Source: Candidatus Saccharimonadales bacterium
GTDB lineage: Bacteria; Patescibacteriota; Saccharimonadia; Saccharimonadales; JANWIN01
Length of the DNA stretch: 64,000 nt
Assembly (NCBI GenBank): GCA_038231155.1
Contig: JBBRLY010000013.1
Span: forward strand, 4,305 to 68,304
Direction of reading: 5' to 3'
The translations under genes and the position numbers were made by a program. Under the pieces are notes generated by a model. That model saw nothing but the letters and a program-made list of their open reading frames with translations. It searched no databases and was not told the DNA's origin. Below, piece by piece: positions 25,220-34,627 of this stretch. Each line of letters starts with the position of its first letter. Position 1 is the first letter of the stretch.

Positions 25220-25636
25220 TTAAGTCTGGCAATTAGAACAAAGACCCCGAATTTCCAATTGATGGTCACTTATGGCAAAGTTTTGACTGGCTGCCAGTAA
25301 ATTAATTTTACGCTCAAGTTGAGAGTTCTCTTTAAGAGTTACTATTTGCCCACAATTACTACAAACTGCGTGGTGATGGTGATAACTAAATTTGTCACTT
25401 AACTCTAATTTATATTTCCAGCCGATTTGTAATCGTTGAACGATACCTAATTTTTCATATAAGGCGATTGTTCTATAAACACTGGCCCGGTCAACCTTTG
25501 GAACGGCTTTAATTAGCTCTAACATAGATAGTGGCTTAGATTGTTGCAAGGCCTTAAAAATAGCTTGGCGGGGTGTAGATAAGCTAAAGTTTTTACTAGA
25601 TAGATATTCTTTTAAGCGAGTATCGTTTTTCTGCAT
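25220..25636 (-). CDS. Fur-family metalloregulator (Zur-like by context)
   Basis: I moved the start to the ATG at 25636. It has a winged HTH, an HHHH run, and CxxC pairs CSNC...CSNC. It is divergent from a ZIP transporter. Confidence 0.75.
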   Translation of the reverse strand: MQKNDTRLKEYLSSKNFSLSTPRQAIFKALQQSKPLSMLELIKAVPKVDRASVYRTIALYEKLGIVQRLQIGWKYKLELSDKFSYHHHHAVCSNCGQIVTLKENSQLERKINLLAASQNFAISDHQLEIRGLCSNCQT

Positions 25637-25672
25637 ACTACAAAAATAACATAAATTACGACAAATTTGCAA

Positions 25673-25695
25673 AATATAAGTTGATATCTTATATT
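25673..25695. promoter_or_regulatory. palindrome AATATAAG-N7-CTTATATT, candidate Fur/Zur box
   Basis: Perfect 8-bp arms centred in the 68-nt divergent intergenic region. Confidence 0.5.
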
Positions 25696-25704
25696 CATTT
25701 CAGT

Positions 25705-26430
25705 ATGCTACCCATTTTGTTATCAGCTGCTACTTTTGTATCAACCCTCTTGGGCGGCTTATTTGCCCTTAAGCATCAAGACCGTTTACATCGTATTCTT
25801 GGGTATACGGCAGGAGTTATTTTAGGAGTTATAGCTTTTGATATTCTGCCTGAAATATTTAAAAACTTAAACCAGCAGCACCTATCGGCAACTTGGCCAA
25901 TGCTAGCTTTGGTGATTGGTTTTTTAACCTTTCATATCGTCGAAAAATCAATTTTGTTACACAATGCCCAAGAAGAAGATTATGGTCATCACCATCATCC
26001 TCACGTAGGGCTTGCTTCAGCATTAGCGTTATCTGGACACAGTTTTCTAGACGGAGTCGGTATAGGTTTGGGCTTTCAAGTTGGTCATGCTGTCGGTATT
26101 GCTGTAGCCATTGCGGTTATTGCACATGATTTTAGCGATGGGCTAAATACCGTGAGTTTGATGATGGCTCACCAAAACAATCGTGCCAACACTATTAAGC
26201 TACTTTTCTTAGACGCATCAACACCTATCTTAGGCGTTCTTTCGACGCTTCTAATCCATATTTCAGACAAGGCACTATTAATTTATTTGGGATTTTTTGC
26301 TGGGTTCTTACTGTATATTGGTGCTAGTGAAATTTTACCTGAAGCACATAGTAAGCACTCTTCATATACAACCATAGCACTGACAGTACTGGGAGCTACG
26401 TTTATCTTTGTAGTTACTCGATTTATCTAA
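25705..26430 (+). CDS. zupT: ZIP-family divalent metal (zinc) transporter
   Basis: Multi-TM protein with a His-rich loop (DYGHHHHPH), plus HSFLDGVGIG and HDFSDG motifs. The start is the ATG at 25705; the track used an upstream TTG. Confidence 0.75.
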   Translation: MLPILLSAATFVSTLLGGLFALKHQDRLHRILGYTAGVILGVIAFDILPEIFKNLNQQHLSATWPMLALVIGFLTFHIVEKSILLHNAQEEDYGHHHHPHVGLASALALSGHSFLDGVGIGLGFQVGHAVGIAVAIAVIAHDFSDGLNTVSLMMAHQNNRANTIKLLFLDASTPILGVLSTLLIHISDKALLIYLGFFAGFLLYIGASEILPEAHSKHSSYTTIALTVLGATFIFVVTRFI

Positions 26431-26457
26431 TCTCAACAGAGGTGATACAATAAGCTA

Positions 26458-27513
26458 ATGAATATTGGGACGGTTCTTATCACCGCATTATTGACTGGTT
26501 TAATTGTTGTTATAGCAATTTATTTCTTTGGGCAGCGCTTATTACTTACTTTAATGAAAAACCATGAAACTAGTCGTAAAGGCAATAAAGAAGAAATTGA
26601 ATCTGGCGTTAAAGACATGCTGGAAAATAATCAAAAAGCCATTAACCAACTAGTTGAAGGTCTAGAAAAACAGCTCAAAGAAAGTCGCAGAGAAATAGGT
26701 GACTTGAAGGGTCAGAACTCAGCAATCAGAGAGCAGCTTGTCAATACGGCTAAGGTAACTGAGGGTTTACATGTATCAACTGAAGGACTTAGGAACTTAC
26801 TGGCTAATAACCGCTTACGGGGAGAATGGGGTGAGCAAATAGCTGAAGATTTATTACTAGCTGCCGGTTTTGTTGAAAAAGTAAATTATCTAAAACAAAC
26901 CAGCAGTGGGCAGGGCCGGCCAGACTTTACTATATTGTTGCCAGACGGTACAAAGTTAAATGTTGATGCCAAGTTTCCGTTTGACGATTTGATAACCTAC
27001 CAAGAAGCTAAAGATGATACCGATAAAAAAAGAGCTCTAAATAACTTTAGAACAGCCGTTAAGAACAAGATTAAAGAAGTTACTACCCGTGATTATATTA
27101 ATCCGGAAAACCAAACACTAGATTTTGTAATCATGTTTATACCCAACGAGATGATATTTAGTTTTATCTATGAAAAACTGCCGGAACTCAATAAATACAG
27201 TAATGAACAAAAAGTAATCTTAGCCGGACCATTTGGCTTTACTGCGGTATTACGAATAGTCCTACAGGCCTATAAAAATTTTCGCTACGAAAAAGATCTT
27301 CAACAAATCCTGGGGCTTATCGCAAAGTTTCAGACAGAGTATTATAAATTTGGTGAAAGTCTAGAAAAACTTGGTCGCAATATAGAAATGAGCCAAAAAA
27401 CTTATTTAGAAATCGAAGGCATACGTAGCCGCCAATTAACTAGAGTGGTTGATCGTATTGGTGAACACTCCAAACATGAAGAATTAACGACCGCTGAGGA
27501 CCGTGATGATTAA
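26458..27513 (+). CDS. rmuC: DNA recombination protein RmuC
   Basis: N-terminal TM and coiled coil, then RGEWGE, RPDFTILLP and DAKFP motifs. Confidence 0.8.
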   Translation: MNIGTVLITALLTGLIVVIAIYFFGQRLLLTLMKNHETSRKGNKEEIESGVKDMLENNQKAINQLVEGLEKQLKESRREIGDLKGQNSAIREQLVNTAKVTEGLHVSTEGLRNLLANNRLRGEWGEQIAEDLLLAAGFVEKVNYLKQTSSGQGRPDFTILLPDGTKLNVDAKFPFDDLITYQEAKDDTDKKRALNNFRTAVKNKIKEVTTRDYINPENQTLDFVIMFIPNEMIFSFIYEKLPELNKYSNEQKVILAGPFGFTAVLRIVLQAYKNFRYEKDLQQILGLIAKFQTEYYKFGESLEKLGRNIEMSQKTYLEIEGIRSRQLTRVVDRIGEHSKHEELTTAEDRDD

Positions 27514-28111
27514 ATCCGAGAGTCCAAGTACCTGGATGAAAGTTTATCCATATTTATTAGTTATAGGTGCCATAATTGGCTTATTGGCGGCTGGCATACT
27601 TGTAAACGACGAAATGAAACTTCTGCAAAATAGTAGTTTTAAACCCAACTGTAATCTTAACCCGATATTCAGTTGTACATCAGTAATGAAAAGTGACCAA
27701 GCTAAAGCTTTTGGCTTTCCTAACCCTATAATTGGCCTAGCCAGCTTTGGAATAGTTTTGACCGCCGGCATGGCCATCTTAGCCGGCGCGCGGTTTAAGC
27801 GTTGGTTTTGGTTAGGTCTACAGGCTGGGACAGTATTTGGACTTTTGTTTATCCATTGGCTGTTTTTTGAAAGTGTTTATCGGATTGGAGCGCTATGTAT
27901 TTACTGCATGATTGTCTGGACTGTCACAATTGCCATCTTTTGGTACACTTTGCTCTATAACTTAAGACAAGGTCATATTAGGGCACCGGCGTCGCTTAAA
28001 AAAATAACTGACTTCGCCCAAACTAATCATCTAGGTATTTTATTTATTTGGTATGTGGTAATAGCAGTTTTGATAATTCATCGATTCTGGTATTTCTTCG
28101 GCCCACACTAG
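27503..28111 (+). CDS. vitamin K epoxide reductase (VKOR) family membrane protein
   Basis: Loop cysteines CNLNPIFSC and the active site CIYC in a TM helix. Confidence 0.75.
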   Translation: MMIKSESPSTWMKVYPYLLVIGAIIGLLAAGILVNDEMKLLQNSSFKPNCNLNPIFSCTSVMKSDQAKAFGFPNPIIGLASFGIVLTAGMAILAGARFKRWFWLGLQAGTVFGLLFIHWLFFESVYRIGALCIYCMIVWTVTIAIFWYTLLYNLRQGHIRAPASLKKITDFAQTNHLGILFIWYVVIAVLIIHRFWYFFGPH

Positions 28112-29439
28112 GTTTTATTGTTTCCAAGTAGATCAATAGTCAACGAAGCAGTCCATGAGAAGTTAGGGGCACCAGCTGGTTCGGCATTTATTGGTGAAAA
28201 GTATTCATAAAATCCAGATTGCTTAACCATTTGGACAGTAATGGCTATTAATTTCTCGGCTTCCTCGTGAAACTTATATCTTTTAAGTCCGTCTATTACT
28301 AACCAGTTTGTATTTAGCCAGGTTGGTCCCTGCCAATAGGCTAGCGGGTGAAACCACATAGAATTAAGGGGCACACTGGGGATTGGATATTCAGCAGCGT
28401 AAAGGTGAGTATTCTTGAGACTTGCAACCAATTGTTTTGCCCTATCGGGACTAATTGCTCCGCTATATAAAGGAATTAGGGCGGCGATACTAGGTTCTTT
28501 AATAAGTTTATGCGTGACAAAGTTTCTGGAATAATATTGACCTGTTTCTGAATCCCATAATTGCTCAAATGACTCTTCAGTTTTAGCCATTTGCTTTTCC
28601 ATGCCCTCTGGTAAGGATTGCTTTATGGTAGTCGCAATATACCTTAAGCAGTGATTAGCCCTTATAAAAATAGAATTAAATGTTAAATCCTCAATTGCAA
28701 ATAATGAGCGAGTTAATATGGAATCAATGTTATAGCGTTTTCTACGAAGACGCCTGATTACATCAAAATATAAAAGTGCATCAATATTGGTCATGCGCTG
28801 ACCGGGAGGCACATGTTTGGTGTCGCGTCTGACTATGTTTATAAGTCCGGACAAACGGGCCTTTTCAATAAAAGCTATCCACCACGGCCGGTTATGCTCG
28901 TATAGTTGGTCTATCCAGGGCGGAGTATTATCTAGTCCAACTTCGTATGGGTGAATCTGCAGAACTAGGCCCTCTTGATGCGGATCACGTTCCTTATATA
29001 GCCATTGATGATGCTCAAGTAGGGCTGGGTAAATCAAGTGATACCAACTGCGTCTTTCTGGCAAAGATAGTTTTTCACCAACCTTTACGACTGCTTCTGC
29101 CAGCATTGGTGGTTGCGTAATACCACTGGTGGTGAAGTCATCTGGGGCGAAAGGGTTAACCCAACTACGCCAAATGTTACGGTCTTGGCGGTATAGAATA
29201 TTTTTATCAAAGATCATATGTGGCAGCATTCCGTTTGCCCATTGACCTCGCAGAACACTGAGTAATTCTTGTTTAGCTCGTTCGACATTGTAGTGCCTAA
29301 GACCAATCGCAATAAAACAACTATCCCACAGCCATTGGTGAGGGTATAAACCCTCGGCTGGGATAGTAAAACTACCTTGGTCATTCATCTCCAGCACTGC
29401 TTTGGCTTGGTCAAGCAGCTGCTTATCATCCATAAGCAT
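28108..29439 (-). CDS. (alpha/alpha)6-barrel glycoside hydrolase, GH63/GH37-like
   Basis: 443 aa. YPHQWLWDSCFIAIG and WQGPTWLNTNWL are typical of GH63-like glucosyl/mannosylglycerate hydrolases. Confidence 0.6.
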   Translation of the reverse strand: MLMDDKQLLDQAKAVLEMNDQGSFTIPAEGLYPHQWLWDSCFIAIGLRHYNVERAKQELLSVLRGQWANGMLPHMIFDKNILYRQDRNIWRSWVNPFAPDDFTTSGITQPPMLAEAVVKVGEKLSLPERRSWYHLIYPALLEHHQWLYKERDPHQEGLVLQIHPYEVGLDNTPPWIDQLYEHNRPWWIAFIEKARLSGLINIVRRDTKHVPPGQRMTNIDALLYFDVIRRLRRKRYNIDSILTRSLFAIEDLTFNSIFIRANHCLRYIATTIKQSLPEGMEKQMAKTEESFEQLWDSETGQYYSRNFVTHKLIKEPSIAALIPLYSGAISPDRAKQLVASLKNTHLYAAEYPIPSVPLNSMWFHPLAYWQGPTWLNTNWLVIDGLKRYKFHEEAEKLIAITVQMVKQSGFYEYFSPINAEPAGAPNFSWTASLTIDLLGNNKT

Positions 29440-29504
29440 AAGTATACAGTAGCAATAACAGGTTTATGCTTGCCTAGTTAGCCCATCGATCATATGTTAG
29501 ATAC

Positions 29505-30463
29505 ATGACTGAATTTAATGGCAAAATCGGACATTTAGAAGATATAGAATCTCCTTGGTCAAATGCCGGTGGCGTTGTTAAGACTTACGATGATACTTTA
29601 GCAATTGCCAAAACTGGTGTTGGTTATATCAAAGCGGGTTCATACACAATAGACAGACGTACATATGACAGGTTAATTCCAGATATTGGTGATCAAGCAA
29701 TCAAAGCATACTATCACGACCCCGAAACCGGACTAACATATAACGGCGTTCAAATGACTAACGAAGGCATTGATGTTGTTGAAAAACAAATCCCAGAAAT
29801 GCTAAAAATTGCCCATTCCCATAAAAAAGCCTTAATTGTTAATGTAGCCTCAGTAGGCGATGATTATATTAAGCAAGCTGTTGAACTTAGTCGACGCGCC
29901 TACGCAGCAGGAGCCGATGCTGTACTTGTGAATGCCGGTTGCAACCATACAACGAATGAAGAGGGTGTTCAGCAAGAATCATATTAGTAACGATGAAATT
30001 TTTCGAAGATTAATATTTGGATTAAAACGGGCAAATCTATCGAAACCAATCTTTGTGCGCATTTCACCTCAGGAATCACTCCAAGATATGCATACGACTG
30101 CAAGAATTATGCGAAAATCAGGCATTGTAAGCGCAGTAATGATACCAAATAGCTGGTCTGTAGCTATGCCACTTGATGATTTAAGCAAACCAATACTTAA
30201 TGTACCACTTGAAAAGATAGGTCAAAGTGGACCCCGGGAAAACCAGTGAAGTTCAACGCCAAATCAGATTTATACAAATGTACCTAAAAAACAGCGGTAT
30301 AGATATAGTTAGTTCAAGCGGAATTACTAGCGCGAAAGAGTTAAAAACTCACATGGGTTTAGGTGCAATTGCTGGTGCCGGTACAACTTTCTTTTTTGAA
30401 TCACAAAGTTGGGCTGATGACGTTAACCGGTTGCTATATGAATTTGCTAATGGAAATTTGTGA
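29505..30463 (+). pseudogene. dihydroorotate-dehydrogenase-like (class 1 DHOD/DHPD fold) gene broken by two +1 frameshifts
   Basis: Three consecutive overlapping ORFs (29505-29987, 29932-30249, 30227-30463) in frames 0, +1 and +2. Together they are collinear with class 1A DHOD: SNAGGV.., VNAGCNH (NLSCPN position), PIFVRISP, GQSG, SSSGITS...GAGTTFF. Confidence 0.6.
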
Positions 30464-30944
30464 AATTTAGTGGGAAATCAAAGCCCTGAGACTTTAAGAG
30501 TCTCATTACTTCTTGTAGATCGTTTTTGCTGCCACTGATTACTCGTACAGCATCTCCCTGAATGACTGTTTTAACTTTGGGATACTTTTCTCGGATAACT
30601 GAAGTAATTTTCTTAGTTTTATCCTGACCAAGGCCCTGTTTAAAAGGTACTTCCCGACTAGTCTGCATATTGTTAGTTGTTGATTCAATAGATATATCTA
30701 AGACTTTTTGACTTTGACCGCGGCTAGCCAATTTTTTACGGACAATATCTAAAATAGTATCTATTTGCCAATCACCACCACCAGTAATTTTCAACCCAGT
30801 TTTATCAGCGTTTAGCCAATCAATACCAGCCGGGGTACCTTTAAAATCATAACGGTTAGAAATTTCCCGTTGTACCTGGTCAAAGACATTGTTCATCTCA
30901 GCTTTATCATATTCTGATACAACGTCGAATGAGAATTGGGCCAT
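30447..30944 (-). CDS. yajQ: YajQ-family nucleotide-binding protein (UPF0234)
   Basis: I moved the start to the ATG at 30944 (MAQFSFDVVSEYDKAEMNNVFDQVQREISNRYDFKG). Confidence 0.8.
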   Translation of the reverse strand: MAQFSFDVVSEYDKAEMNNVFDQVQREISNRYDFKGTPAGIDWLNADKTGLKITGGGDWQIDTILDIVRKKLASRGQSQKVLDISIESTTNNMQTSREVPFKQGLGQDKTKKITSVIREKYPKVKTVIQGDAVRVISGSKNDLQEVMRLLKSQGFDFPLNFTNFH

Positions 30945-30990
30945 AATTCGATTATACCTTAGGCACCTCTTTGCTATAATCAAAACAAGT

Positions 30991-32028
30991 ATGAATTATC
31001 AAAATCCTCGGGTGGCTCAAGTTGCTGAAGAATTAAAGAAAAGTTTAAGCCAAACTAAAGATAAAGTTACAATTTTACGTTCGCCAAAACTGAGATCTTT
31101 ATATTCAGAGATTCCTAGCTTGCCTGAAGAACAACGCGCTGGATTTGGAAAGGAAATAAATGACTTAAAAAATGAACTAGCTGATCTTATTGCTGAAAGC
31201 CAAGATCAAGAGGTATCTTTAATACCAATTGACGTCACTGCGCCGTTTGATATTAATGTGCCACAGGAGAAAAAACCAAAGCTTTTACCCACCCAATATA
31301 GTGGTAAACATCCGATTACTAAAGAAATCGAACATATATCCAATATATTTCAACGGATGGGCTTTATGGTTGAGGGATCTCGGGTAATTGATGATGAATT
31401 CCATATGTTTGATAGTCTGAACTTTCCAAAAGATCATCCAGCTCGCGACGATTATGACAGTTTCATAACAACTGATGGGTTTATAGCGCCGGCCCACACT
31501 TCTACAATGCAGAACCGTATGCTTAATAAATACAAAGCTAATCTAGAAAAGGATGAGCCGATAGCGGTTTTAATACCAGATAGGGTTTTCAGAAATGAAG
31601 ACTTAGATGCTCGGCATGAGCACACTTTTTACCAGCATGAAGGAATTTATGTAGATAAAGCCATGAATGTCGGTAATCTAATGGCAATTCTAAAGACATT
31701 TTTAGAAGATTATTATGAGCAAGAATTAGAAGTTAAAACTCAACCATTTTATTTTCCGTTTACAGAACCAAGTTTTGAATTTGCCATGAGCTGCCCATTT
31801 TGCAAAAAGCAAGGCTGTAATGTATGTAGCTATAGCGGATGGATAGAGATTTTAGGCTGCGGCATGATTCACCCAAATGTGTTAAAAATGGCAACCATTG
31901 ATCCTAATATTTATACTGGTTTCGCTTGGGGTGGGGGTATTGATCGGTTAGTGATGATGAAATATGACATTGAAGATGTACGCTACTTTGAAAGTGGACG
32001 TTTAGATTTTTTGAGGCAATTTAAATGA
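30991..32028 (+). CDS. pheS: phenylalanine--tRNA ligase alpha subunit
   Basis: HPARD, class II motifs FRNE and GWGGGIDRL. The start is the ATG at 30991, 10 nt after TGCTATAAT. Confidence 0.9.
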   Translation: MNYQNPRVAQVAEELKKSLSQTKDKVTILRSPKLRSLYSEIPSLPEEQRAGFGKEINDLKNELADLIAESQDQEVSLIPIDVTAPFDINVPQEKKPKLLPTQYSGKHPITKEIEHISNIFQRMGFMVEGSRVIDDEFHMFDSLNFPKDHPARDDYDSFITTDGFIAPAHTSTMQNRMLNKYKANLEKDEPIAVLIPDRVFRNEDLDARHEHTFYQHEGIYVDKAMNVGNLMAILKTFLEDYYEQELEVKTQPFYFPFTEPSFEFAMSCPFCKKQGCNVCSYSGWIEILGCGMIHPNVLKMATIDPNIYTGFAWGGGIDRLVMMKYDIEDVRYFESGRLDFLRQFK

Positions 32029-34574
32029 AATTATCTCTAAACTGGGCGCAGCAGTTTTCGAACGTCGACCTGGTGCCTGATGGTGAGGAAAAACTAATTG
32101 AGAAAATTGGCTCACAACTTGGAGAAATTGAAGAAGTTGAAAAGTGGGGTCCACGTTACCAAGGGATATTAGTGGTTAGGGTTGTTAAATGCCAGCCGCA
32201 TCCCAATGCCGATAATTTATCGGTCTGCAAAATTGATGACGGTGGTATTAACGCCGATGTTAAACGTGATGAAAACGGTCTGATTGAGCTTGTATGTGGC
32301 GCTCCGAATGTCCACCCGGACATATTAGCAGTCTGGATCCCGCCAGGTGGAACTGTCCCAAGTTCCTTAGGTAAACAAGGAGAACTGCTATTAGAAGCTC
32401 GTGATATTAGGGGTGTAACAAGTAATGGAATGTTAGCTAGCTTAAATGAACTTGGAATAGGAGACGATCATAACGGGATACTCATTATAAATCCAGTTGA
32501 TGTTGGCGAAGAACTTGCAATACCAGGAACTGAATTTAAAAAACTATTTAAAATGGAAGATACTGTCATTGATATTGAAAATAAGATGTTTACGCATCGA
32601 CCAGATCTATTCGGCATTCTAGGCATTGCCAGAGAGCTTGCCGCTATACAGCATCTAACTTTCCAAAGTCCAGAATGGTATAAATCAGAAGCTAGCTTTC
32701 CTCAAGCGCAAGACGAAACTCTAAGTTCCGAAGTAAAAATTCCTAATTTAGTTTCCAGATTTATGGCTGTTGCCGTAAAAAATGTAACTGTTAAATCAAG
32801 TCCGATTTGGTTGCAGGCAGCGCTAGTAAGAGTTGGAATTCGTCCAATTAATAATGTCGTTGATATAACTAACTTTATTATGCAATTAACCGCACAACCA
32901 ATGCATGCTTATGACGCCGATAAATTAAAATCTATAAGTGGCAGTCAGAACTTAAGTTTAGAAGTTCGTTTATCTCATAAAGATGAAAAAGTTAAGTTAC
33001 TAGGTGGTAAAGACTTAAAATTAATCGACGAATCAACTATTTTAATCACATCAAATGATGTACCTGTTGGTATCGGTGGTGTGATGGGGGGTGCCGATAC
33101 TGAAGTAGATGGTGATACCAAAAACATCGTTTTAGAATGTGCTACTTTTGACATGTATAGTATTAGAAAAACAGCAATGCAATACGGACTTTTTACAGAT
33201 GCCGTGACTAGATTTAACAAAGGCCAAAGTCCTCTCCAAAATGACAAAATTCTGTTTTATGCATTGCAACAAGTTAGCAAAGTAACAGGTGGTCAAGTAG
33301 CCAGTAATGTAAAAGACATTCACGGTGAATTATCAAGAAATAAAGAAGTAAATATCACCGCTGACTTTGTAAATATCCGATTGGGTGAGCAATTAGATAT
33401 TCAAGAAATGGCCGATTTATTAAAAAATGCCGAGTTTGAAATTCAAATCTCAGGAAATGAAATGAGTGTCACAGCACCATTTTGGCGAACTGATATCGAG
33501 ATACCTGAGGATGTTGTCGAAGAAGTTGGACGATTATTTGGGTATGATCATCTAACTTTAAAATTACCAAAGAGATCTACAAAGCCAATTGATGACGATC
33601 CACTTCTGGAAACTAAATCAAAAATTCGAGATATTTTAAGTCGGGCTGGTGCTAATGAATTACTGACTTATACATTTGTTCCTGGAGACTTAATGGAAAA
33701 AGTCGGTCAAAGTAAAGACAACGCCTTTAAAATTGCCAATGCTCTTAGTCCAGACCTTCAGTATTACCGCCAAAGTTTAATACCCAGCTTGCTTGATAAA
33801 GTTCATGGAAATATTAAAGCTGGCTTTAACCACTTTGCCCTATTTGAGATCAATCCAGTTCACGGAAAAGACTTAATTAATGAAGAAGATAAGTTACCGA
33901 TCGAAGATCAAAGGCTTGCCTTAGTAATCACAGCTGATGATAAAACTGTTAAAACCACTTACAAAGGTGCTGCCTTCTACTTGGCAAAATTATATCTTGA
34001 AGAAATGTTAAGTAAGTTTGGAATAAACAATCTGGAGTTTCAAAATGCCGCAGATTACGAACCAAAAATGAATATAAGCAAAGCAGCATTAGCACCATTT
34101 GAAAAATCACGAACCGCACTTGTTAAAACCAAAGACGGCCAATTTATTGGGGAATTAGGCGAATTTAAAAATTCGGTTAGAAGAAATCTTAAATTACCTG
34201 AATTTATAGCTGGGTTTGAAGTCGATGTCAGCCAGATTAAAAAATTAACTGATAAGAAATCAGTATATTTGCCAATTCCAAAATTTCCAAAAGTTGAGCA
34301 GGATCTAACATTAAAGGTTCCAGCAAACATAGCTTATGGGGAATTATTTGATTTAATAAATAATGAACTAACAAAGCAGCGACCTACTAACAGTAGTTCA
34401 ATCATTAACCCGATAGATATTTATCAACCTGAAAAAGACAATAATTATAAAAATATCAGTTTTAGAATAAGTATCTCTTCATATGAGCGAACACTTATTG
34501 CAGAGGAAGTTAATAGCCTATTGGACAGAATAGCCGAAACAGCTAAGTCTGGTCTTGGAGTAGATCGAATTTGA
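32025..34574 (+). CDS. pheT: phenylalanine--tRNA ligase beta subunit
   Basis: 849 aa with an N-terminal tRNA-binding domain, B3/4 and B5 domains (FWRTDI) and a C-terminal FDX-ACB domain. It overlaps pheS by 4 nt. Confidence 0.9.
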   Translation: MKLSLNWAQQFSNVDLVPDGEEKLIEKIGSQLGEIEEVEKWGPRYQGILVVRVVKCQPHPNADNLSVCKIDDGGINADVKRDENGLIELVCGAPNVHPDILAVWIPPGGTVPSSLGKQGELLLEARDIRGVTSNGMLASLNELGIGDDHNGILIINPVDVGEELAIPGTEFKKLFKMEDTVIDIENKMFTHRPDLFGILGIARELAAIQHLTFQSPEWYKSEASFPQAQDETLSSEVKIPNLVSRFMAVAVKNVTVKSSPIWLQAALVRVGIRPINNVVDITNFIMQLTAQPMHAYDADKLKSISGSQNLSLEVRLSHKDEKVKLLGGKDLKLIDESTILITSNDVPVGIGGVMGGADTEVDGDTKNIVLECATFDMYSIRKTAMQYGLFTDAVTRFNKGQSPLQNDKILFYALQQVSKVTGGQVASNVKDIHGELSRNKEVNITADFVNIRLGEQLDIQEMADLLKNAEFEIQISGNEMSVTAPFWRTDIEIPEDVVEEVGRLFGYDHLTLKLPKRSTKPIDDDPLLETKSKIRDILSRAGANELLTYTFVPGDLMEKVGQSKDNAFKIANALSPDLQYYRQSLIPSLLDKVHGNIKAGFNHFALFEINPVHGKDLINEEDKLPIEDQRLALVITADDKTVKTTYKGAAFYLAKLYLEEMLSKFGINNLEFQNAADYEPKMNISKAALAPFEKSRTALVKTKDGQFIGELGEFKNSVRRNLKLPEFIAGFEVDVSQIKKLTDKKSVYLPIPKFPKVEQDLTLKVPANIAYGELFDLINNELTKQRPTNSSSIINPIDIYQPEKDNNYKNISFRISISSYERTLIAEEVNSLLDRIAETAKSGLGVDRI

Positions 34575-34600
34575 GTTACATACAATGATTATTGTCATAA

Positions 34601-34622
34601 AAAGCTTAACATGTTAAGCTTT
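34601..34622. promoter_or_regulatory. 22-nt perfect palindrome AAAGCTTAACATGTTAAGCTTT
   Basis: Lies 27 nt after the pheT stop and ends 5 nt before the ABC exporter ATG. It could be a terminator hairpin or an operator. Confidence 0.4.
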
Positions 34623-34627
34623 AACTA

